Origin: a virus
IMG/VR virus record: IMGVR_UViG_3300035491_000281
Reading direction: 5' to 3' (one strand)
DNA: 64,000 nt
Positions within the stretch are counted from its first letter, which is position 1. Each line of letters begins with the position of its first letter. A program made the translations under genes and the position numbers. The notes under the pieces were generated by a model. The model worked only from the letters and a program-made list of their open reading frames with translations. It was not told the origin of the DNA and searched no databases. Shown in pieces: positions 26,994 to 35,082 of this stretch.

Positions 26994-29033
26994 TTACCCC
27001 AAAACCCAACCAGACCCAGTACGGACCGCGGCGCGCGTCAAATCAAAGGAAACTGTAGTGGCGCCGTTACCGGTACCTACTGCAGCACTGTAGTTGGCGC
27101 GGAACAGTACGATGGTTCCAATTGGGTATGCGTTGATGTTCGAGTAGGTCACGTTGATGTGATTCAACGCGCTGGCCTCCGAGCCAAGGTTACCTAGCAG
27201 GTAAACGCTACCCTGATCGGCCGGACTGTACTGCTGAAACAGCGAGCTTAAGCTGACCCAGGTGCCGTCACCGCGCAATACGGTGGCACCATTGGCCGCA
27301 CCGATCCCTAGCCGTGCTGGTTCGAAAACCCCGGTTTCGAACGCTTGGGCGGAAAGATTCGCTCGTACGTCGTTGTAAACCTGGCTATACGTCTTAGCAT
27401 CCCCTGGCCGCTGCAATACTTCCCAGGTGGCCTGAGGTTGCGACTGGCAGAGGTAACCGAACCGTTGCGGGCCTTTGAAGATCGCCAATTCCGGGTGGGA
27501 GTTCAGATCGACGACGGTTTTGGCACTGGTAAGATAGCCACTTTCGCCCAACTGCGATGTTTCGATGGTGATGATGTCACGCGCCCGTGTGACCTTAAGT
27601 TTACAGCCGGCCGGGAAAGTGCCCCAACCCACTCCGGTGTTGGACACTCCCCGCGGTCCGGTGGCTACTGTACCGTCGGGCCACTTCAAACCACCGTAGA
27701 CATTCTGCACCCAGGTTGGGTTGACTTGAAAGTCTTTGGCGATGATCATAGGGGCGCTGCCCATACCGACTCGCAGCACCGAAAGGTCATGCCAACGCCC
27801 TTTGGCGTCCTGTACGTGGGCGATACTCAAACCAATGTAGTCGTCGTCCATGCTGGTCGAGCGCAGCACGGTTTCCAGGGTGTACTCGTCAAACTTCTCA
27901 GGCGAGATAAAACCCACCAGCGACACCGAGTTGATAGTCGAGCTGATGCGGTTGTTAACCTCGTCGAACGTCCACGAATTCATCTCCTCCGGCATAGCCT
28001 CATCACTATACGGATCGCCGGTGAGGTTATAGGTAGTGCTGGCAGTGCGGCTTACCCGTTTCCAGGATTCGAACACCCGCTTGAAGGTCTCCATGAAGGA
28101 AATCAGGTGGGTAGTATCGGCGGCGGTACCATCGCGGGGAAGCTTCTTCGCAACCTCGGCATCGAACTCTACCTTACCGAACACGCCCACCTGTCCGTAG
28201 GTCGCGCCATGTGGGTTGTCTTTTCGGGACACGTGTGCAGTGAGGGGTTTGAGCGCGAGTTCATCAATGGCTTGGTGAGTGCGTTGAGGTACCATAAAGG
28301 CCTCATGCAGGATACCACCTCGCGCCTGGGCTTCGCTCGCCGCCGGGAAGTTTTCCACCAGCTCCAGTCCGACTTGACGCTTGGTGACATCATGCGGGTC
28401 CTGGTCGTCGTTGACGTGACGCTCTAGCCGGTCGTCGTTCTCGGCAAGATATCCCGCCTGCAGTTCACGGGCGTTACTGCGGTAGACATTGACCGCTTCC
28501 TGATTACCGGCAATCTTGGAGTTGACCAGCGCTTCCAGCTCATTGTTAAAGCTTTGGAAGCCATCCCGCTCCCAAAGCTCCGCCTTCAGCTCGCCCGGCA
28601 AGTACTGACGCTGCACGCCAGTGATACCGCCCCAGGTAATCGGCGCGCCAACGTTGGTGCTGATCCACTCGATAACGTCTTCCTGTGCCGTCAACGAGAA
28701 AGCATAATCACCACCGACAATCTGTGCGGTGACATAGACCATACCGTCCAATTCCGGATTAAGGAATACTAGGGCACCGCAGATTTCCAACCCCGTACGG
28801 AACGTAGCATCCTCGTAGGTGTAGGTTGCAACATAATCGATATTGGGCTTGAGACGGTTGTACTCTTTGTCGTACACCATCAAGTCGCGGGTATAGAACC
28901 CGCCGTGATCCAGGACCACTACCCGTTGGCTGATGCCGGAGTGGTTGACCAGAAAATGGGGTTCACCCATGGTCAGGTTTGTCGGGTTACGCCCCGTGAG
29001 ATCCACGGGGTAATGTATCAACAGCGAATCCAT
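26994..29033 (-). CDS. Tail fibre paralogue with an inserted lectin-like domain
   Basis: Same N- and C-domains plus an insert of about 235 aa containing DDDYIG. Confidence 0.7.
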   Translation of the reverse strand: MDSLLIHYPVDLTGRNPTNLTMGEPHFLVNHSGISQRVVVLDHGGFYTRDLMVYDKEYNRLKPNIDYVATYTYEDATFRTGLEICGALVFLNPELDGMVYVTAQIVGGDYAFSLTAQEDVIEWISTNVGAPITWGGITGVQRQYLPGELKAELWERDGFQSFNNELEALVNSKIAGNQEAVNVYRSNARELQAGYLAENDDRLERHVNDDQDPHDVTKRQVGLELVENFPAASEAQARGGILHEAFMVPQRTHQAIDELALKPLTAHVSRKDNPHGATYGQVGVFGKVEFDAEVAKKLPRDGTAADTTHLISFMETFKRVFESWKRVSRTASTTYNLTGDPYSDEAMPEEMNSWTFDEVNNRISSTINSVSLVGFISPEKFDEYTLETVLRSTSMDDDYIGLSIAHVQDAKGRWHDLSVLRVGMGSAPMIIAKDFQVNPTWVQNVYGGLKWPDGTVATGPRGVSNTGVGWGTFPAGCKLKVTRARDIITIETSQLGESGYLTSAKTVVDLNSHPELAIFKGPQRFGYLCQSQPQATWEVLQRPGDAKTYSQVYNDVRANLSAQAFETGVFEPARLGIGAANGATVLRGDGTWVSLSSLFQQYSPADQGSVYLLGNLGSEASALNHINVTYSNINAYPIGTIVLFRANYSAAVGTGNGATTVSFDLTRAAVRTGSGWVLG

Positions 29034-29055
29034 CGGGTAGTCTCCAGTTTAAAAA

Positions 29056-29373
29056 TCAACCCAAACGCTCTGTCGCGGATTCAAACGCGTCGGCCAGTTG
29101 CTCGAACACCTGGGCATCGATTGCTTCGGCCGTGCGGCGTGGAGTCATCAGACTATTGTTGTCGGTACCTACCACCGCCTTGGGTTTCGTCGCCGCCGGG
29201 TAGTTGGGCACGCGTCCCAGGCCAACATGGGCTTTGGTGGTACGGTGGGGGTTCTGAGTGTTTCCGATATGGTTATTCAGAACATTCATTACCGAAGTAA
29301 TCTTCCCGTGTACCGTCGCGTAGTACCCACGCATGACAGTAACTAGACTAGCTAAAAGGGCTACCAGATTCAT
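29056..29373 (-). CDS. Small NPH-repeat virion protein
   Basis: HIGNTQNPHRTTKAHVGLGRVPNYP..MTPRRT. Confidence 0.65.
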   Translation of the reverse strand: MNLVALLASLVTVMRGYYATVHGKITSVMNVLNNHIGNTQNPHRTTKAHVGLGRVPNYPAATKPKAVVGTDNNSLMTPRRTAEAIDAQVFEQLADAFESATERLG

Positions 29374-29470
29374 AAAAACCTCAGCTCAGAAAGTGATGAA
29401 GAGACACTGGTGTTGAGCCTGTGTATCCGTGTTGCGGGTGCCGGGAGTTCTACATGAAACTCCATCTGGA

Positions 29471-29500
29471 ATAAGAAAGCCCGTTTTACGGGGCTTTCTT
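29471..29500. terminator. Bidirectional intrinsic terminator
   Basis: AAGAAAGCCC-GTTTTAC-GGGGCTTTCTT. Confidence 0.6.
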
Positions 29501-29510
29501 TAAGGGTCGA

Positions 29511-31574
29511 TTAGAACGACGGCGGTAGATGACTGTTGTCATCCGTCGCACCCCAGTAGAATGTTTCACCCGCGGTGTTAACCGTGACCGAGTAGTTGAA
29601 GCCGGCATCCGCCAAAACAAACGGGCCGAATTCAGGGTCGATCGCCCACAGTGGGTTGTTGTCACCGAGGGTGGTGACGGTCTGGTCTTCGCCAAGTAGG
29701 ACCAGGTGGCGATAACGCCCGCTGACCGCAGTGAAGAGACCCTCGATTGCCGGCAACGCCGTTACTGTAGTGGCACTTCCCGGATTGTTGATTGCCCATG
29801 CACTGACCAGTCCGGTATCATGCAGAACGACCATGTGAGATTCACCCACAGCAGCTTCAACCGCATCCACGATCCCTGCCAACACCGCATTGGCTGCCGT
29901 TACGAAAGCGGCATGACCGCGAGCTTGCACCGTGCCGTCGAGCATCACCACCAGGGTGTGTTCCACGTTGAGCGCGTCGCTGGTGGTGTTGGTGTAAACA
30001 CCGTCCACACCCGATCCCACCACGATGGTACCGCCGGCGGCATCGAAACGCAGCAGCGAATCGTCAGTCAAGACCACGTACACCGCTTCGCGCCGCGCCG
30101 CCAGTTGCCATGGCGAAGACGTCGGTGCCTCAATGGCCCCCACGCGATAGCTGGCCGGCGGCTGGATCGCCGCACTACCAAAGACCTCGATGAAGCCCTC
30201 TTCCGTAACACGGTAAGCCGCATCCTTGGTAAAGGCGATTTGCTCATCAGCCGTAATAGTGTCAGTAAACAGTGCCGGTTGCGGAACCTCCAGTGCTTGG
30301 CCGTTAGACAGATGTAGTGCGTAACGGTCATAACCGGTAGTGATCGCCGCCACCTGCACCCGTGCCGGTAGTGCTGCTGGGTTGACGTTGATCGTCAGGG
30401 CCCCGGCGTTGGCATCGGTGTACTCGGTGGTCAGGGTGTCGAGAATGTCTTCCACGTCCTCGAAGCTGGGCAGGGTTTGCCGCCATTCGGCATCGGTCAT
30501 CCCGGCAAAACGCGGAGTATCTTGCGCGCTAACGGTAGCCAGTTTCTGGTCAATGGTGGCCTTGTCGTAGGTCCCGACTTGTTCCGCCGTAGTACGGTGC
30601 GGGTTGTTCAAATCCAGCTGGTGGTTGTCCAACTCTTGTTCGAGCTGATCGATCCGTCCCGAATCGCTGTTCTGTTGCAGCAGTGCCGCTGCGCTATACG
30701 GTGTCAGATAGCGGTCATTACGGGTGGTATCCACCGCTTCTTCCGGGGTTGCCGGGGGGTAGTTCGCAACGTTCCCCAGACCCACCTGGAGTTTGGTGGT
30801 TTGGTGGGGATTGTTCTTGTCCGCAATGTGCGCATTCAGCGGAGTCAGCGCTTGCTTGGTGATTGCCTGCGCGGTGGTACGCGGGGTCATCAGGCTGGCG
30901 TTGTCCAACCCGTCTTCAGCCTTGAGCTGCGTGGCCGGTGGGTAGTTCGGGACATTACCTAGACCCACATGGGTCTTAGTGGTGCGATGTGGGTTGTTGT
31001 AGTCGTTCAAGTGGTCGACGTTCGCTCCTGAGCTGGCCTCCACCACTGCGTCGGCGATGTCGGTCAGAGCCACCAGCAGCTCATCACTACCGACCAGGTC
31101 ATCCAGCTGCTGATCGTGCGGTACCGGTGGGAAGGTGGCCGGCAAAACATCGATCTGTGCCCAGGAGCGGGTAATCGGGTTGTAGTGTTTGTTCGACAGC
31201 TCGGCAAGAATCGCCTGCTCGGAGAAGCCCCACTGCCCACCCAGGGTGCGGTAACGCATCCGCACGATCCCACTGATATCGCGCTTGATGAAGCGAATGC
31301 TGCCGGCAATCGGCCGACCAATGGCATCCATCGCTTCCACGAAGTAGTGCCCAAACAGGAAATCCACCCCCTCGATATACGGGGTGTTGGTGTTGTCGTT
31401 GACGAGCTCAAAGCCCTCGACAAAGAACGGCGCTGCTTGCGGGATGATGAAATAAAAGTCATCCCGACCCGGAACCTGCAGCGTTTGACGTTCGTTGGGA
31501 ATCAGGTTGTTGGGATTACTCCCGTAGGGGTCAAACTCATACAGACCCGTGGTCGCTTGCGTAGTCATGTCCAC
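29511..31574 (-). CDS. Tail fibre protein with NPH repeats and an RCC1-like C-terminus
   Basis: YEFDPYG..PNNLI.NE N-domain; three NPH repeats; AAVGESHMVVL..TG.V.AW and AGFNYSVTV...GETFYWG blades. Confidence 0.7.
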   Translation of the reverse strand: MDMTTQATTGLYEFDPYGSNPNNLIPNERQTLQVPGRDDFYFIIPQAAPFFVEGFELVNDNTNTPYIEGVDFLFGHYFVEAMDAIGRPIAGSIRFIKRDISGIVRMRYRTLGGQWGFSEQAILAELSNKHYNPITRSWAQIDVLPATFPPVPHDQQLDDLVGSDELLVALTDIADAVVEASSGANVDHLNDYNNPHRTTKTHVGLGNVPNYPPATQLKAEDGLDNASLMTPRTTAQAITKQALTPLNAHIADKNNPHQTTKLQVGLGNVANYPPATPEEAVDTTRNDRYLTPYSAAALLQQNSDSGRIDQLEQELDNHQLDLNNPHRTTAEQVGTYDKATIDQKLATVSAQDTPRFAGMTDAEWRQTLPSFEDVEDILDTLTTEYTDANAGALTINVNPAALPARVQVAAITTGYDRYALHLSNGQALEVPQPALFTDTITADEQIAFTKDAAYRVTEEGFIEVFGSAAIQPPASYRVGAIEAPTSSPWQLAARREAVYVVLTDDSLLRFDAAGGTIVVGSGVDGVYTNTTSDALNVEHTLVVMLDGTVQARGHAAFVTAANAVLAGIVDAVEAAVGESHMVVLHDTGLVSAWAINNPGSATTVTALPAIEGLFTAVSGRYRHLVLLGEDQTVTTLGDNNPLWAIDPEFGPFVLADAGFNYSVTVNTAGETFYWGATDDNSHLPPSF

Positions 31575-31667
31575 TCCTTACCGTAATCAGGCGCTTTGGC
31601 TGATTAATGTTCTGAGAATCATAAGATTGTTTCTTTTCTATAGACCCCACGCCTTAGGAGCCTGCGC

Positions 31668-32912
31668 ATGTACACACTCACTGGCGCTCGATATCGCAAA
31701 GATCGGCGGGACGGTCGCTGGGAAGTGGCCGACTTGTCGACTGTTCCGGTCACCACCCTGACCACCACCCATGGCGATGTCTGGCTGTTTATTACCTACC
31801 CCTCGGTCTCCGAACCTAAAGCATTGCGCTTTGATCTGGTGGCAAATTGGGTCAGTAGTCTGGATGCCGGCAAGACGGTGAGCGAGTGGTTGACCGGCCT
31901 GGGGAACCGTACCTTACCGTTCGCTGAAATCAACCCACAGTTTCGACCCCATTACGTCCGTTATGCCCAAGCCTGGCATGCCGGTTACAACATTGAACCG
32001 ATCGGACGGATTGGCACCCCTGACAAGGGCGGTAGCAAATTCGACAAAGAAGACCTAGTGGTGACCCGCGAGGATCTAACCCCACGGCAAATAGCTGACT
32101 ATGCCCTGTTCTCTGTCAACGGGTTGTTTCATCGTACCGAATGGCGGGAAGATGGGGTGCGCATCCGTGGCGGTAACCTCAGCTTGCGTAAGGCCAACGA
32201 CAATCAGATCGGCCTGCATTCATTCCGAGATGTCGGCAAACTGCAGTACGTCTCGATCACCGAAACAATGCTGAGTCGTCAGCGTCCCGACGCGCCACTG
32301 CGCAAAGCCGTCTACGTCACCCTACCGGAAACAGTTGACCTCAATAACAAAACGGCACTGCTGGTATTGGGGGGTTATCTCCAGGCTCTCGGCAAAGGCT
32401 ACACCCGAGTGGGGGAACGTACCTACCGCATCGAGTTGGGTAACCTGATGCTGATGGAACGCTACTTCGATTCCCGCACCAGTCTGGATTTGTCGTCACT
32501 GGGTCTCAGCCAAAACCCAGCGAATCCCTCTGCGGTCAGTCGAGCGGAGTTGGAAAGCGACGCAGTACTGATCCGTTACCTCACGCTGGAGCAGAGTTTT
32601 TTCGTCGTGGTGGACAGCCCCAGCATGTTCCAAGAGCTGATCCCCCTCGAAGGTACCGGCTTACCCGGGCGCTACTACGCGCACGAAGCGCACAACTTCC
32701 CGGTCATGGGCGCCTACGGGCGGATGTTGGAATACCACACCATCGAAGAGGACGGCCTCTGGGTGGTGTGCGCCATGGACAACCTGCGACACAAGTACGA
32801 CTTCCATACGCGGAAGTGGCGCACCAAAGCGGTCAATGATGCCGGGCGGTATCCGGCGTTTCCATTTGTTCACGCACACGCTTTCAGTCGCCTGCTAGGG
32901 GTTGAGAAATGA
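31668..32912 (+). CDS. Virion structural protein (conserved jumbo-phage type)
   Basis: 414 aa; RBS AGGAG; LFSVNGLFH, LVLGGYL, QSFFVV..LPGRY motifs. Confidence 0.6.
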   Translation: MYTLTGARYRKDRRDGRWEVADLSTVPVTTLTTTHGDVWLFITYPSVSEPKALRFDLVANWVSSLDAGKTVSEWLTGLGNRTLPFAEINPQFRPHYVRYAQAWHAGYNIEPIGRIGTPDKGGSKFDKEDLVVTREDLTPRQIADYALFSVNGLFHRTEWREDGVRIRGGNLSLRKANDNQIGLHSFRDVGKLQYVSITETMLSRQRPDAPLRKAVYVTLPETVDLNNKTALLVLGGYLQALGKGYTRVGERTYRIELGNLMLMERYFDSRTSLDLSSLGLSQNPANPSAVSRAELESDAVLIRYLTLEQSFFVVVDSPSMFQELIPLEGTGLPGRYYAHEAHNFPVMGAYGRMLEYHTIEEDGLWVVCAMDNLRHKYDFHTRKWRTKAVNDAGRYPAFPFVHAHAFSRLLGVEK

Positions 32913-33667
32913 AGACACTGTTTAAACGTGGGAACTCCCAACAGAACAACACCCAAGCCTTGGGTGTGGGGGAGATCTCGATCGATATTGAAAAGAAGGC
33001 TATCCGGATTCACGACGGGGTGACGCCCGGCGGTTTTGAGATTCTGGGCACGCAGGCAGTAATCCCACCTGAGACCGGTCCAGGGGAGAAATTTGTACTG
33101 GCTGGGGATGACGCTCTAGGTTGGTACGGCACTGTTGCCGCCACTGATTTTATCAATGGGCCGGATCTGGCTTTGGCAGTGGGGCTGTCGGCGGGTAATA
33201 GCCTGTACCCGGATAGTGACTGGATGAAGTTCGCTCATCAGGATCGGATTTTGTTCATTCCCAAGCAGTGCCTGCGCCACGCCTTAAGCTGGGATCAACT
33301 TAATGCGTTGGGACTGGTGTATGGTGAGACCACGGTAGTCATTAAGGGGTTGACTTACAAAGTACGATTGATTCAGGGTGCGGCAAACGACCCCGCGCTG
33401 AGCGCCACGGACGCCGGTCGGGAGTGGAACGACCTGATCTACCGGGTCTCTGACGGCGATCCCACCCAGACCTTCTGGGCCCGGTACACTAACGCGGAGC
33501 TCAACGTCGCCGGCGGGAACGGCACCTATACGTGGTGTCAGGAGAAGTACAGTAGTTCGGACCGGGTGTACCGTGGTCTGAATGGTGTCACCAGCATGAA
33601 CACGGTAAGTACAACCTACACGGGTGTGGCCATTGGTTGGCGCCCGGTGTTGGAGTTGGTACTGTAA
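32909..33667 (+). CDS. Seventh WRPxLE-family paralogue (Mtd_N-like N-terminus), dispersed copy
   Basis: KRGNSQQNN...IRIHDGVTPGG; GPG; WMKF; VRL; EWNDL; GWRPVLELVL. Confidence 0.7.
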   Translation: MKTLFKRGNSQQNNTQALGVGEISIDIEKKAIRIHDGVTPGGFEILGTQAVIPPETGPGEKFVLAGDDALGWYGTVAATDFINGPDLALAVGLSAGNSLYPDSDWMKFAHQDRILFIPKQCLRHALSWDQLNALGLVYGETTVVIKGLTYKVRLIQGAANDPALSATDAGREWNDLIYRVSDGDPTQTFWARYTNAELNVAGGNGTYTWCQEKYSSSDRVYRGLNGVTSMNTVSTTYTGVAIGWRPVLELVL

Positions 33668-33668
33668 C

Positions 33669-33712
33669 ACGGCATAAAGCCCTCCCCCGATTGGGGGAGG
33701 GCCTATGTCCGT
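33669..33712. terminator. Hairpin repeat family member
   Basis: ACGGCATAAA-GCCCTCCCCC-GATT-GGGGGAGGGC-CTATGTCCGT between convergent genes. Confidence 0.65.
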
Positions 33713-33718
33713 CACTAC

Positions 33719-34312
33719 TTAGAAGCGACCACTGTGGCCGAAGCCACCGTCACCGCGTGCCGTGGTTTGACCGAACTCCTCGACGAAGTTCAGACCGATG
33801 TGGTAGCGGTGCACCACGAAGTACTGCGCCACCCGCTCGCCCGGCTCGATGGTGATTTCGATGCCGGTCTCCTCTTCATGACGATTCCACAGGGTCAGTA
33901 GCAGCTCACCCTGGTAGTCGCTGTCGATCACACCGATCAGGTTCCCCAGCACCACACCCTTGGTACCCAAGCCGCTGCGCGGGGCGATCAGACCCACCAG
34001 CTCGTAGTTCCGGATGTGGATTGCCAAGCCGGTGTGTACCAGCTGCTGTTGACCCGGTTTCAACGTCAGCGCTTCTTTACCGACGTAGCGCAGGTCCAGC
34101 CCGGCGCTGCCTGAGGTCGCACTACCACCAGTGGCGTAGGCCCCTTTGATGGCGGTGATCAGATTCTCGTCCAGGCCTTCGAAGCTGGATTCGACGTACT
34201 TGGCTTCCATTGGGATGTAACGATGGAACTCAGCATCGGCTACAGTACCGATAATGGTGTTGGCGACGGTGAGCAGCTCATCGCTGATAGCGGGTTGGTT
34301 TTGGGTAGACAT
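33719..34312 (-). CDS. dut: Trimeric dUTPase
   Basis: SAGLDL, PRSGLG, GVIDSDYQGE, GERVAQ, RGDGGFGHSG; likely start MSTQNQ at 34312. Confidence 0.95.
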   Translation of the reverse strand: MSTQNQPAISDELLTVANTIIGTVADAEFHRYIPMEAKYVESSFEGLDENLITAIKGAYATGGSATSGSAGLDLRYVGKEALTLKPGQQQLVHTGLAIHIRNYELVGLIAPRSGLGTKGVVLGNLIGVIDSDYQGELLLTLWNRHEEETGIEITIEPGERVAQYFVVHRYHIGLNFVEEFGQTTARGDGGFGHSGRF

Positions 34313-34361
34313 GGAGCATGTTCCGTATTGGTTAAGGTTGGAGGGGATTACCGCAATGGGG

Positions 34362-35060
34362 TCAGGCCTCAACGACTGGCAGTGGCGTCTGGCCGTTTTT
34401 CGCGCAGTAGGCTTCGAATACCGAACGCGGGGTATCGGTGGGTCCCACCATGAAACTGGCACCCAGCGCACCGCCTTTCCAGCTGCTTTTCTCCCAGCCT
34501 GACTCAGTGGAGAACTTCAGCTCGGCGCTGCGGGTGACATCATCCCGACTGAGTTTCGACAACCATGCCCACTTACCCCGGCCGCGCCGCCAGAGGTACG
34601 CGGTAATGGTCACTTCGGCAGTGATGAGTTCACCATCGACGTCCTGGAGCTGAAAGACATGGGTCGTCTGACCGTCAAACTCCACCAGGCGGGTGTTGAC
34701 CATCCGCCACTCTGCCCAGGGATACGACCACAGGGTAGTGGCGCTGGTCCGGCTGTCGAAGGTCTGCGGGCCGTAGAAGCACTGCAGGTCAGTAGGCCCT
34801 ACCGCCACACCAACGATACGCTCTTGTCCCGCTTTGGTTGGGCGAAGCAGGCCAGGTAGTTCCAGGATCAGGGTTTTACCAAAGCCAGAAAAGCGCAGGT
34901 TACAGCCCGGGGCGTGCGCGTGCCCGGAGCTCAACGCCAAGCGGAAGGGGTAGTGCGTATCGCAATGCTCCGCTACCGTCAGTGGGCCGAAGTGACGATC
35001 CTTGTCGCTCCAGCGGCGCTTGGGGCGCCGCAGGAAGGCTGGTTTCAATGTAGCAAGCAT
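34362..35060 (-). CDS. Hypothetical protein
   Basis: 232 aa; RBS AAGGAG; Trp-rich, EKSSWKGG. Confidence 0.6.
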   Translation of the reverse strand: MLATLKPAFLRRPKRRWSDKDRHFGPLTVAEHCDTHYPFRLALSSGHAHAPGCNLRFSGFGKTLILELPGLLRPTKAGQERIVGVAVGPTDLQCFYGPQTFDSRTSATTLWSYPWAEWRMVNTRLVEFDGQTTHVFQLQDVDGELITAEVTITAYLWRRGRGKWAWLSKLSRDDVTRSAELKFSTESGWEKSSWKGGALGASFMVGPTDTPRSVFEAYCAKNGQTPLPVVEA

Positions 35061-35082
35061 AGACTACTCCTTGTGGTCTGGA

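Noticed and set aside
27400..28105. Intein in the 679-aa fibre
   Set aside because: No Cys/Ser start with His-Asn end, and no HINT motifs.
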